Shown here piece after piece: positions 9,377 to 19,142 of a stretch of DNA of 64,000 nucleotides. The notes beneath the pieces were generated by a model that did not search any database, was not told the DNA's origin, and was given only the letters and a program-made list of their open reading frames with translations. The position numbers were made by a program, and so were the translations under genes. Location of the stretch: the NCBI GenBank assembly GCA_001916775.1, contig MNTB01000034.1, positions 3,478 to 67,477 on the forward strand, read 5' to 3'. This stretch comes from Firmicutes bacterium CAG:321_26_22. GTDB lineage: Bacteria > Bacillota_I > Bacilli_A > RF39 > UBA660. Position 1 is the first letter of the stretch. Each line of letters starts with the position of its first letter.

Positions 9377-10228
9377 TTAGTTCTTTTTCTTTATTATTTT
9401 TTTATCTTTATTATAATTATATTTTTGATATAATTCTTTCTTACTATCTAAATCAATCATTGGAGCATCTTTTACTAAAACTACAAAAGCAGATGTAGCA
9501 TAGTTTTCTTTAAATGTTCTATATAGACTTTTTTCTATATAATAATTATCTTCTTCTTCATATTCATTTCCTATATATTTAAATATTATGTTACCAGTAT
9601 ATACTTCAGGATTAGGAAAGGTATAATCTTCATTTAGTTCTTCTTCGGTAATATAATAACCACTTTGATAATTATAATTAGTAAGCATATATCTATCTAG
9701 ATTATAATATTTATCTAGTACTTTTAGTATAGTATCATTATTAATATGTTTTCTTCTTACATAAGATAATATTTTCCATACTGTAAAAGTTGGCATTTTC
9801 TTTAAATGCATATTCTTTTGTCTTTGATACTCTAAAGCATTTATTATATTATTAAATGCTTCTAGGTAGACTTGATTATTCTTTACGGCTTCAATATGTC
9901 TATATAGGTCTGTCTCCTCCAAAGGAAGATCTCCTAGTATAAAGTCTTCATATAATTCTACTATTTCTGGATTAACATCTTTAAATAAATAATATTTATA
10001 TGTACTTTCATTCATGTTTTTAATAACATTTTCAAGACTATCTACTATTTGTTTATTTGTTTTTGTTTTATCATATGGTGACTTTTCGTATTTTCTTTTT
10101 ATTTTTTCTAACTCTTGTTTTCTTTTATTTGGTTTATCCTCCACTATATTAATACACATGGCAAGTATTAATTCTTTATTTTCATATAAATAACTATATC
10201 TTCTTATTAATTCTTCTTTAATGTCCAT
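9377..10228 (-). CDS. hypothetical protein
   Basis: 283-aa ORF, K/E/Y-rich, with no recognisable motif. Confidence 0.4.
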   Translation of the reverse strand: MDIKEELIRRYSYLYENKELILAMCINIVEDKPNKRKQELEKIKRKYEKSPYDKTKTNKQIVDSLENVIKNMNESTYKYYLFKDVNPEIVELYEDFILGDLPLEETDLYRHIEAVKNNQVYLEAFNNIINALEYQRQKNMHLKKMPTFTVWKILSYVRRKHINNDTILKVLDKYYNLDRYMLTNYNYQSGYYITEEELNEDYTFPNPEVYTGNIIFKYIGNEYEEEDNYYIEKSLYRTFKENYATSAFVVLVKDAPMIDLDSKKELYQKYNYNKDKKIIKKKN

Positions 10229-10395
10229 TGCTACCTCCTGGTAATTTATTTTATCATAATATATTAGTTAAGTAAATATTTTACTATAGTTTTCCTACTT
10301 ATATATGATAAATGATGGTATTATTTGCAGACCTTAGGCTGCAAATAACCCTCTAAGACCTAGGCTTAGAGGGATAACAAAAAGATATTATTACT

Positions 10396-11478
10396 TTACT
10401 TATTTTGTAATAATTCATTTAAATATTCATTATCAGAAAAGTAGTTTAGTTTCATTGCTTCTTTTACTTCTTCTAATGTTTTATTGGCTTTATTAGATGC
10501 CTTGGTGGTACCTTCCTTTAAAATATTATATACTTCTTCAATGTTATTAGCATATTTTTTTCTTCTTTCTCTGATAGGAGTTAATTCATCGTTTATTACT
10601 TCAGTTAGGAATTTTTTTATGGTAACATCTCCTATTCCACCTTTTTGATAGGCTTTTTTTAAGGATTCTAAGTTTTGAAACTCTGGATAATACTTTTGAA
10701 AATGGGTATCAGTACAAAAGGCTTCTAAATAAATGAAGAGAATATTGTCTTTAAGTATTCCTGGTTCTTCTACTTTTCTAGATGTTGTTTTTATACTAAA
10801 TATTTTTTCTTTTATTATTTCTTTTTCATCAGATAAATAAATACAATTATTTAACGATTTACTCATCTTAGTATTTCCATCGGTGCCTACAAGTCTTCTT
10901 TGATAAATATTATCAGGTAATATTGATGTACATTCTTGTAAGACATTAGTTTTATATATTCGATTAAATGCTCTTACTATTTCTCTTGTTTGTTCAATCA
11001 TAGGTTCTTGATCATCTCCTACTGGTATTATATTAGCTTTGAAGGCTGTTATATCAGCGGCTTGACTTATTGGATATGCTGTAAAACCTACGGGAATGCT
11101 ATCTTTGAATTTTTTGGCGTTTAATTCACTTTTTACTGTAGGATTTCTAAATAGTCTATTTATTGTTACTAGATTCATGTAATAGTAGGTTAATTCTGTT
11201 AAGGCACTTACTCCTGATTGAACAAAGAATGTTACTTTACTTGGATCTAGGCCTACTGCCAAATAATCAAGCATTACTTCTATTACATTTTTTCTTACTT
11301 TATCTGGATTATCAAAATTATCAGTTAAAGCTTGTGAATCCGCTATCATAATATAAAATTCATCATAATTCCCTTCTTCTTGTAATTTATATCTTCTTTT
11401 TAAAGACCCAACATAATGTCCTATATGTAATCTACCTGTTGGTCTATCTCCTGTTAAAATTATATTTTTCATTTTCAT
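10396..11478 (-). CDS. trpS: tryptophan--tRNA ligase
   Basis: TGDRPTGRLHIGHYVGSL (HIGH) and KMSKS motifs; 360 aa as typical for TrpRS. Confidence 0.92.
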   Translation of the reverse strand: MKMKNIILTGDRPTGRLHIGHYVGSLKRRYKLQEEGNYDEFYIMIADSQALTDNFDNPDKVRKNVIEVMLDYLAVGLDPSKVTFFVQSGVSALTELTYYYMNLVTINRLFRNPTVKSELNAKKFKDSIPVGFTAYPISQAADITAFKANIIPVGDDQEPMIEQTREIVRAFNRIYKTNVLQECTSILPDNIYQRRLVGTDGNTKMSKSLNNCIYLSDEKEIIKEKIFSIKTTSRKVEEPGILKDNILFIYLEAFCTDTHFQKYYPEFQNLESLKKAYQKGGIGDVTIKKFLTEVINDELTPIRERRKKYANNIEEVYNILKEGTTKASNKANKTLEEVKEAMKLNYFSDNEYLNELLQNK

Positions 11479-11563
11479 CTTCCTCTCTTTCTATATTTAT
11501 AAATTATTTAATTAAACACCACCGTTTACTTAATATACTCATAACAACCTCCTATTAAATATA

Positions 11564-11594
11564 CAAAAAAGACCTACCTAATAAAGATAAGTCT
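11564..11594 (-). terminator. intrinsic terminator in trpS leader (AGACUUAUC-UUUAUUA-GGUAGGUCU-UUUUUU)
   Basis: 9-bp stem (7 WC + 2 GU) plus U6 on the minus transcript, positioned between the leader ORF and the trpS RBS. Confidence 0.5.
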
Positions 11595-11624
11595 ATAAAT
11601 TACATTAATAATATTTATATTAAT

Positions 11625-11705
11625 TTAATTCCACGAGTAAATAGACTTATCTTCAAATAAGTCTAGCCAGCTATTTAATTTAACTAAAACTATATTTATT
11701 TTCAT
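11625..11705 (-). CDS. putative trpS leader peptide (26 aa: MKINIVLVKLNSWLDLFEDKSIYSWN) with two Trp codons
   Basis: AGAGGAG RBS 7 nt before the ATG, downstream of promoter TTGACA-17-TAAAAT (11731-11759). Segments 1-4 can form 1:2, 2:3 and 3:4 alternative hairpins. UGG at codons 13 and 25. Confidence 0.4.
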   Translation of the reverse strand: MKINIVLVKLNSWLDLFEDKSIYSWN

Positions 11706-11730
11706 AGTCTATCTCCTCTTTCTTATCTAG

Positions 11731-11759
11731 ATTTTAGTACTTTTTTATTACTTTGTCAA
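11731..11759 (-). promoter_or_regulatory. sigma-A-type promoter of the trpS leader; the same ~29-bp promoter block is repeated at 12848-12873 upstream of the methyltransferase gene
   Basis: TTGACA (rc 11754-11759) - 17 nt - TAAAAT (rc 11731-11736). Block ttttattactttgtcaatatttttatttt is duplicated at 12846-12874. Confidence 0.5.
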
Positions 11760-11842
11760 TATTTTTATTTTATCTTTTGATTTATCTTGTCAATTTCTTT
11801 TTTTAAATGTTACATTGTTAAATAATCTTAACATATTTATGT

Positions 11843-12610
11843 TTACTTTCTAGCATATATTCCATAGTATCTTCTTACTAATCTTATGCCACTAGGATAT
11901 GTATTTCTTTCAATATATTTATTTAATTTTTCTTCATCTAACTTGCTTTGATAGTGATCCTTGATATCACCTTGTTCTTCAGAAAAATCATCAATGATTG
12001 GAACTTTTAAGAGAAAATTATATAAGCTTTCTCTTGTTTTAAAGTATTCTCTAACATGGATTGGTATTAGTTCAACATCTTTGAAACCTGCTGATATGAT
12101 ATTTTCATAATCTATTATACTTATTGGTTTGGTATCTTTGAAAGCTTGACCTTTACCAAAGATTAGTTTCAGTTCATAGCAGTCATATTTATCTACTCCG
12201 TGAACTAGTAAATGACCATCTTCTTTTAGAAAGTAATATATTTGTTTAGCATCTATAGGAGTGTTTCTGGCCACTACTACGTCATAATATTTATCTGGAA
12301 CATCCATTAATAAATTATCCATTACTTTAAAAGTTATATTCTTACGTCCACTTTGTAATAAGTTCTCTTTAGCAGTCTTTATCATTGCTTCTGAATAATC
12401 TGTTCCTAGTATTTCTGAGACTTCGGGAAAATATTTTAATAGTTTTTCTCCACCACCTGTACCTAAGTCTAGTATTCTTGAATTTTTATTTGTTATTTTT
12501 CTTAGAATACTATATAGATCCCAATTTGTTAATTTTTCACTTATTATGTTAAAAGTACTGAAATCCCAATTTTTTATTTCTTCATAATATTTTTGCTCAT
12601 TTATTTTCAT
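11843..12610 (-). CDS. class I SAM-dependent methyltransferase
   Basis: Motif I ILDLGTGGGEKLL and an acidic motif-II region; 255 aa. Confidence 0.75.
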   Translation of the reverse strand: MKINEQKYYEEIKNWDFSTFNIISEKLTNWDLYSILRKITNKNSRILDLGTGGGEKLLKYFPEVSEILGTDYSEAMIKTAKENLLQSGRKNITFKVMDNLLMDVPDKYYDVVVARNTPIDAKQIYYFLKEDGHLLVHGVDKYDCYELKLIFGKGQAFKDTKPISIIDYENIISAGFKDVELIPIHVREYFKTRESLYNFLLKVPIIDDFSEEQGDIKDHYQSKLDEEKLNKYIERNTYPSGIRLVRRYYGIYARK

Positions 12611-12868
12611 ATTTTTTTCTCCATTTTTTAATATTTTTGTGTGATTGTATAATTATATAGAAAAAGAACCTCCTTTCATGAACATACGCAAAAAACAATC
12701 ACAAAAATAATTTTGTATGTTTATTTGCCATTCATGAGGAGATTCTTAAGGCTCTTCATTATTCCTTTAAACTTTATGTTTATCTGGTAGTAAAACGCGA
12801 ATGGACTAATTGAGTTACTACATCTATAATTTAACATAGTTTTTATTACTTTGTCAATATTTTTATTT

Positions 12869-13603
12869 TTAATAATTATCTTTATTGTTTATACTTCTGA
12901 TGTATTTGGGTTTTGGGTTTTTTCTTATTAACATTTTAGCTTGGTTTAGAGTTGTAATTGGTTCTTCTAAATAATTACTAAGACTAGTTCTAAATTGTTT
13001 TAAAAATTCTAGGCAATTAGCATTAGAGGTATACATTTCATTTAGTAATCTACTACTAGTAATGAAGTTATTGAAATAGTTATCTACTAGAAATAGTTTT
13101 AATTCATAATTAAAAGGTAGCATATTTTTATCTAATGATATTTCTTCACTAGTTCCATATTCCATTGTATCTATTATGGCTATTTTACCATTTCTATATA
13201 GAATATTATACATGACATCATACATGGCTACTTTATTGTCTGTAAGTAATTTTATATCTTTAGTACTTTCTTGAATTGCTGTTTCTAAACTATCTAAATT
13301 AATTAATAGTGGATTTCTTTCATATAAGTTTTTGGATTTGACATATGGCATGGTGTATCCTACTATTTCATTTTTTACTATTAATACATCTTTAGGCCAT
13401 ATAAATGTTTTATTATCGATATGACTAAATCTTAGTATTTCTTCTTCTTTATAATCGCTTTTTTCGTAATCGAAATATTCATGAAAGACTTTATATACTA
13501 TTTTATGTTTTTCATCTAAGAAGCACATTCCTTGGGATCCTATTCCTAATGGTTTTAAGTTTTTTAAAAATATATTAAAATGTTCTCTATTTATGAAATT
13601 CAT
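12869..13603 (-). CDS. hypothetical protein, possible protein-kinase-like fold
   Basis: Glycine loop LGIGSQGMCF followed by VYK, then YDVMYNILYRNGKIAIIDTMEY resembling a degenerate catalytic/DFG region. Weak evidence. Confidence 0.35.
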   Translation of the reverse strand: MNFINREHFNIFLKNLKPLGIGSQGMCFLDEKHKIVYKVFHEYFDYEKSDYKEEEILRFSHIDNKTFIWPKDVLIVKNEIVGYTMPYVKSKNLYERNPLLINLDSLETAIQESTKDIKLLTDNKVAMYDVMYNILYRNGKIAIIDTMEYGTSEEISLDKNMLPFNYELKLFLVDNYFNNFITSSRLLNEMYTSNANCLEFLKQFRTSLSNYLEEPITTLNQAKMLIRKNPKPKYIRSINNKDNY

Positions 13604-13680
13604 TATTATTCCCCCCTTTAAGTGATTAGTATTGTAGCATAAAATTTGATAAAATGCAAATTTTGGTTTATCTTTTGCCC

Positions 13681-13740
13681 TTACAGCCTGTAGTCTTTCA
13701 GGGTATGATAGAGCCTATATAATAGTCACTATCATAAAGG
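13681..13740. repeat. dispersed intergenic element (CAGCCTGTAGTC + TGATAGAGCCTATATAATAGTCACTATCA)
   Basis: Inverted copy of the 2852-2887 hairpin. CCTGTAGTC is shared with 23452-23462. Confidence 0.55.
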
Positions 13741-13758
13741 GTTATATAAAAATAAGTA

Positions 13759-15558
13759 CTATTTTAAGTACTTATCTATTATTTCAAATAATTTATCTTT
13801 ACTAATTGGTTTAAGTAAATAGCCGCTGAAGCCATAAGTTAAATATTCTTCATTATATTCGTATTCGTTGTTTCTGGTAAGTAAGATAACATTTGTTTTA
13901 AAGTTTCTAATATCTTTAAATTTCTTCATTATTGTTACACCATCTAATGGGTCCATAACTTCATCAAGTAATATTAAATCATATTTTTCTTTACCTCTAA
14001 TTTTATCTAATGCTTCCTTACCTAAACTAACATAATCTAGTTTAATATTAGTACCTTTAATAAGTTTACTAATGATTTTTTCGGTAGATATATTATCATC
14101 TACTAGTAAGATTTTCTTTTTATCATATACTTCTTCATATTTATCTAATTTTTCATCTGATTCTTTTGCTACTTTTTGATCAAGTACTATTTTCATCGTA
14201 GTACCAGTTCCATATATACTACTAGGAATAATAGTACCACCCATTAAAGTAATTAAAGCTTTAGCATTGTATAAATTATTATTTAAATTAAGAGAATCTT
14301 CATTACGATCATTCTTTTTATTAAATACTTTAATTATATCTTCTGCTTTCATACCAGTACCAGAATCTTCAACAGTAATAATAAGTCTTGCTATATTATT
14401 TTTAATGATAGCATTAACATTAAATTCAATATAACCACTACTAGTGTATTTAACACTATTATCTAAAATAATATCTAACACTTGTTTAAGGCCAACACTA
14501 TCACCATATAAATATTCAGGTATATCACTGGCTATACTAGGACGAAAAGCAATATTTTTAACATTACATTTTTTACTATATACGGTAACTAATTCTTTAA
14601 TAATTAATTTAACATTATACTTATCATTATACACCTTGATACTAGCACTATCAATACTATTTATATCAAGTATTTCATTAGTCATTGTAGTAAACTTAGC
14701 AGTACTACCTTTTATCTCTCTAGCAGCATCATTAATAACTTCAACATCAACCTTTTTATTACTCGTTTCATCTAATATATCATCAGCAGAATAATCAATA
14801 TCTTTAGTAATATTTCTTATTTCATTAGTCATATTATATAAGAACATAGTCTTCTCTTCATTAGCATTATCACTAATTTCTTTTGCTCTATGTACTTCTT
14901 CTAGAATTTTCATATCAGGATTTTCAATTGTATGATACATTAAAAATACAATAAATGTTTCCATTGAAGTCATAAGTAATAATTCAGGATGACTTTTTTG
15001 AATAATAATAACAACAACTCCTAATAACATAAATGCAAAAATTGGTAAATACTTTTTATCTCTAATTTTCTTATAATTTATAATAAGTCTAACTATCCAA
15101 ATAGCAATATACACACTAGAAACAACATACATAACATTTGCACTAGGACCATAAGAATACACAGCTCCTCCTGCATTATGATAATATAATGGTTTTATAA
15201 TTATAACTATTAAAAATATAACGTATAATATTGAAAAACCTTTTATTATCCTATTTATTTTCTTTTTTCTATTTTTACTATCGTCAATTGATATAGCAAA
15301 TATATACACTGAAAACAGAGTAATCCAAGTTAATAAATAAACTATATATCCTTTAGATACTATAACATTAAAAATGGGATATTTATCTATATTTACTATC
15401 GTAAAATAACTACCTATAGCCAAGATTACACCAATTAAATTAGTAATCATTAATTTCTCAAAAATCTTATTTTCAAAAGTAACAAGTCTTTTCCTTGCAA
15501 AATAGACTATATTAAGTAATACACTATAAAATAAACTATATATAGTAAACATATTCAT
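13759..15558 (-). CDS. hybrid sensor histidine kinase/response regulator (multi-TM sensor, HATPase_c, C-terminal receiver); H-box apparently degenerate
   Basis: About 6-7 N-terminal TM helices. G1/G2 boxes (DSGTGM...GTGTT) and a receiver with KILLVDDN, LILLD, LLT, LLKPI. The H-box position reads FLYNMTNEIRN (Asn where His is expected). Confidence 0.7.
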   Translation of the reverse strand: MNMFTIYSLFYSVLLNIVYFARKRLVTFENKIFEKLMITNLIGVILAIGSYFTIVNIDKYPIFNVIVSKGYIVYLLTWITLFSVYIFAISIDDSKNRKKKINRIIKGFSILYVIFLIVIIIKPLYYHNAGGAVYSYGPSANVMYVVSSVYIAIWIVRLIINYKKIRDKKYLPIFAFMLLGVVVIIIQKSHPELLLMTSMETFIVFLMYHTIENPDMKILEEVHRAKEISDNANEEKTMFLYNMTNEIRNITKDIDYSADDILDETSNKKVDVEVINDAAREIKGSTAKFTTMTNEILDINSIDSASIKVYNDKYNVKLIIKELVTVYSKKCNVKNIAFRPSIASDIPEYLYGDSVGLKQVLDIILDNSVKYTSSGYIEFNVNAIIKNNIARLIITVEDSGTGMKAEDIIKVFNKKNDRNEDSLNLNNNLYNAKALITLMGGTIIPSSIYGTGTTMKIVLDQKVAKESDEKLDKYEEVYDKKKILLVDDNISTEKIISKLIKGTNIKLDYVSLGKEALDKIRGKEKYDLILLDEVMDPLDGVTIMKKFKDIRNFKTNVILLTRNNEYEYNEEYLTYGFSGYLLKPISKDKLFEIIDKYLK

Positions 15559-15575
15559 ATTTCATCACAACCTTT

Positions 15576-17456
15576 TTATCTTTTTTTTATTTTTTTCTTT
15601 ACATTTTCTTGAACTTTAACAAAATCTACTTTTCCAACACCAGTAAGTGGTAGTTCTTTTTCAAATGTATATTCATATGGTACATCTCTTTCTGGTAAAT
15701 AAGTTAAACATAGCTCTCTTAATTGTTCTTCAACTACATCTGGAGTTAATTGACAATCTTCTTTTAAAACTACTATTGCCATTGGAAACTCGCCCTGAGT
15801 AGTAGTATTACTAGGAATACCAACAACACAACAATTTTCAACTAAAGGATGCTTTTTTATTATATTTTCCATTTCCATTGGCCATACATTGTGTCCATCT
15901 GGTCTAATAATCATTCTTTTTATACGACCTGATGGAAATAAAACACCATCTTCATTCATGTAACCCCTATCTTTGGTATGTGTCCATATTAAACCATCAC
16001 TATGTTTTATTTGAACTTCAGCAGTTTTTTCTTTATCTTTATAATAACCTAACATTTGAGTAGGACCAGTTATACATATTTCACCATATTCACCATACTT
16101 AAGTTCCTTATCAGTATATTCAACATTATCATCTTTTGGTAATGCAAATATAGAAATAGTATTTTTAGCAAGTGGTACTCCTGCACTACCAACAACATTA
16201 CATTTATTAAGTCTAGTAGAAACACTTGAATTACATTCAGTAAGTCCAAATCCTACTATTACATTTTTATCATAACCATGATTATGTAAAAACTCATTAA
16301 ATTCTTGTTCATTACCCTCTAAGAAATAATCACCACCAGCAGAAATAGATTTAAGAAATTTTGAAAAATTTACTTTTTCCATTCTCTTGTCCTTCATAAG
16401 TGAAGTATAGTGTGTTGGCACTCCAACTATATGGTTTGGTTTATATTTTATAATATAATCAGCAAATTCATCTTGATCAAATTGTGGTATTATAATGTCT
16501 TCAATTCCAAGAGCAGGAGCCATTACTACCCCAAATGACCAACCATAAGCAATAAATCCTGGCATAATATTAAGAAGTGATTGTCCTTTTTTTAATCCTA
16601 AATCAGTATCTTTATATTGTTCAATTAATGCTATAACAGTATCATTAGTTAATTCAACACTCTTAGGAAGACCAGTAGTTCCACCTGTTAACACCATACC
16701 AGCAGGCATATTAGGAGTATATTCTACTTCTTTTGCTACAGTATTTTCTCCAATATTCATAAATGCTTTCCAAGAAACATATAAACCATCGTAACAATCA
16801 AAAGCAATATTAGGTATTGGAAGTCCCTTTTTAGTAAGCATTTCATCTACCTTTTTCTTAAAAATAGGCTTAAATAATGCTGGTACAGAATCGGTATATG
16901 AATTGCATACAACCATTTTAACATTGGTATTTCTAATAATACTATTTATTTTAGGAAAAGCTATATCTAGTGCTATTAAATATTTAGAATTAACTTTGTT
17001 TAAATTTTCTTCTATTCTTTTAGCATTAGTCCTAGGATCTATATTATTAGCAACTGCTCCTATTTTATTTAAAGCATAATTACTAATAATAGTTTCTGGA
17101 AATGTTGGAGAGCATATAGTAACAATGTCTCCTTTTTTTACTCCTAAAGCAGCAAATGAATTAGCAGCCCTATCTACCATATCAAAAAATTTTTTATAAG
17201 TCATTTTAAAGCCATAATATTTAATAGCATTCATTCCCTTATTATATTCATTATTATCTTTAGCATATCTATAAAAAGTCTTCTTTGGTAATTCCTTAGT
17301 GGCGGCCTTCTCAGTATAATATTTAAGCCACGGCTTATCAATTGAAGCAAATCCTGTTATTTCCTTACTTCTTTCTCTATCTAGTTTCATATCACTAGGT
17401 AATGCTGAATACATTGTAAAATTTTTCATAAAACCATCTCCCTCCGATTTTTTCAT
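15576..17456 (-). CDS. AMP-binding (acyl-CoA synthetase / fatty-acid--CoA ligase family) enzyme
   Basis: AMP-binding signature LTGGTTGLPKSV and a C-terminal GRIKRMIIRPDGHNVWP region; 626 aa. 17-nt gap to the hybrid HK gene suggests an operon. Confidence 0.8.
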   Translation of the reverse strand: MKKSEGDGFMKNFTMYSALPSDMKLDRERSKEITGFASIDKPWLKYYTEKAATKELPKKTFYRYAKDNNEYNKGMNAIKYYGFKMTYKKFFDMVDRAANSFAALGVKKGDIVTICSPTFPETIISNYALNKIGAVANNIDPRTNAKRIEENLNKVNSKYLIALDIAFPKINSIIRNTNVKMVVCNSYTDSVPALFKPIFKKKVDEMLTKKGLPIPNIAFDCYDGLYVSWKAFMNIGENTVAKEVEYTPNMPAGMVLTGGTTGLPKSVELTNDTVIALIEQYKDTDLGLKKGQSLLNIMPGFIAYGWSFGVVMAPALGIEDIIIPQFDQDEFADYIIKYKPNHIVGVPTHYTSLMKDKRMEKVNFSKFLKSISAGGDYFLEGNEQEFNEFLHNHGYDKNVIVGFGLTECNSSVSTRLNKCNVVGSAGVPLAKNTISIFALPKDDNVEYTDKELKYGEYGEICITGPTQMLGYYKDKEKTAEVQIKHSDGLIWTHTKDRGYMNEDGVLFPSGRIKRMIIRPDGHNVWPMEMENIIKKHPLVENCCVVGIPSNTTTQGEFPMAIVVLKEDCQLTPDVVEEQLRELCLTYLPERDVPYEYTFEKELPLTGVGKVDFVKVQENVKKKIKKR

Positions 17457-17654
17457 ATTAATTGTATCATAAATTTTAACTTTTTTATAGTACTTTTATA
17501 ACTTTTTTATCTTCTTTTAAATATTTCGTGAACATCACACAATTTAAAATTGCATGCTTCTAACATTGCTATTAGAATTTTCTCCATTTAATAATATCAT
17601 TATTAATGTAAAGAGACATAAACTCGGATAGTTCCTACCCTATATATAATTTAA

Positions 17655-18746
17655 TTAGATAAGTAATAGTTCTATTCCCTTATCTAGTATATTATTCGCA
17701 GCATTATAATCTCTATCATGCATGCTATCGCATCTAGGACATTGCCAAGTTCTTATACTATAATCTTTTATTTTTTTATTTTGATAGCCACAGTTATTGC
17801 ATAACTGACTAGATGGATAATATCTACCTACCTTTATTAACCTTCTTCCGTACCATCTTGCTTTATATTCTAACATATTAATAAACTTAGATATAGATAT
17901 ATCTCCAAGTACTTTGGCTATATTCTTATTTTGAAACATTTCTTTAACATTTAAATCTTCTACTACTATAACTTGGTTTTCGTTTATAATACTAGTACTT
18001 AATTTATGTAAGAAATCATTTCTAACATTATTACATTTATCATATAGTTTATTAATTTTATTTTCTATTTTTTTATAATTATTACTGCCTTTCATTTTTA
18101 AAGAAAGGCTTTTTTGTAATCTGCCTATTTTGTCATAAGTATTCATTAATTTTTTGGGAGCATTATATATGTTATTAGAACTATCATGAACAAAATTACT
18201 AACTCCCATATCTATTCCTACTATGTAACTATTAGTTTCTAACTTTTTAATTTCTTTTCTAACTAATATCATTACTTTATATTTATTATTACTATATTTT
18301 TTTATTGTAGCATTAATAATAGTACCTTCTACTTTTCTATGTACTTTAGTGGGTACTTTGCCTAGTTTAGGTAATTTAATGTAATTATCTAACACTTCTA
18401 TATTATTATTAGTATAATTAGTTTGATAAGATTCTCCTTTGTTCTTCTTTTTAAATCTAGGTTTACTACCTAATTTGTTCATATATCTTTTATAAGCATT
18501 ATCTAAATTATAAATAGCATTAGTAATAGCAAACTTATCTACTTCTTTAAGCCAAGGATATTCTGCTTTTAACTCTCTATTACATATGTTATTATTTGTA
18601 TACTTTGAGCTATAACCATTACTATTAGAATAATCTAAAAAATAATTATAGATAAATCTACAGCATCCAAAAGTTTTAGCAATTAAAACAATTTGTTCTT
18701 CATTAGGATAAATCCTAAAACTATAAGTATACTCCATAAATAACAC
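17655..18746 (-). CDS. tnpB: IS200/IS605 family TnpB (OrfB, RuvC-like RNA-guided endonuclease family)
   Basis: N-terminal OrfB_IS605 region and a C-terminal zinc finger CNNCGYQNKK...CPRCDSMHDRDYNAANNI. Confidence 0.88.
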   Translation of the reverse strand: MLFMEYTYSFRIYPNEEQIVLIAKTFGCCRFIYNYFLDYSNSNGYSSKYTNNNICNRELKAEYPWLKEVDKFAITNAIYNLDNAYKRYMNKLGSKPRFKKKNKGESYQTNYTNNNIEVLDNYIKLPKLGKVPTKVHRKVEGTIINATIKKYSNNKYKVMILVRKEIKKLETNSYIVGIDMGVSNFVHDSSNNIYNAPKKLMNTYDKIGRLQKSLSLKMKGSNNYKKIENKINKLYDKCNNVRNDFLHKLSTSIINENQVIVVEDLNVKEMFQNKNIAKVLGDISISKFINMLEYKARWYGRRLIKVGRYYPSSQLCNNCGYQNKKIKDYSIRTWQCPRCDSMHDRDYNAANNILDKGIELLLI

Positions 18747-19142
18747 CTACTTCCCCTGATTAGAAATATATTCTTTAATATTTTCTTCTAGTGTATCACT
18801 AACAGTGGAAACAAAATAAGAAGGATTCCACATATGTCCACCATATAATTCTTTTTTTAATTCTGGATATAATTTAAATAATAGTCTTGCACTTGTGCCT
18901 TTTAACCTTTTTACAATAGTAGGTATATAATGCTGAGGCTTACAACTAATTAACAAGTGAATATGGTCTAAATCTGTATTAATTTCTATTATTTTAAAAT
19001 CCATTTCTTGAGATAGTAATATAATTATCTCAAAAAGTGAATCTTTTACACTATCAGTTAATATTTTTTTACGATATTTAGTACAAAATACTATATGATA
19101 CTCTATACCATATACATATCCTCTTCCTTTAAAAATAATCAT
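18747..19142 (-). CDS. tnpA: IS200/IS605 family Y1 (HuH) transposase TnpA
   Basis: HuH motif HIHLLIS and the conserved Y in ...RLKGTSARLLFK; 131 aa. Confidence 0.88.
   Translation of the reverse strand: MIIFKGRGYVYGIEYHIVFCTKYRKKILTDSVKDSLFEIIILLSQEMDFKIIEINTDLDHIHLLISCKPQHYIPTIVKRLKGTSARLLFKLYPELKKELYGGHMWNPSYFVSTVSDTLEENIKEYISNQGK

Noticed and set aside
11479-11842. Expected a T-box riboswitch upstream of trpS, and likewise upstream of cysS at 9126-9376
   Set aside because: Could not find the conserved T-box sequence (AAUUAGGGUGGNACCGCG), AGUA/GNUG boxes or a specifier-loop arrangement. The nearest match, AAACGGUGGUGUUUAA, lies downstream of the terminator and lacks ACCGCG. A covariance-model scan would be needed to be certain.
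13759-15558. Considered calling the hybrid kinase a definite pseudokinase
   Set aside because: The assignment of Asn at the H-box position rests on a by-eye alignment with an insertion nearby. A nearby His (VHRAKE) could be the real phospho-acceptor in a non-canonical DHp. Kept as a hypothesis only.
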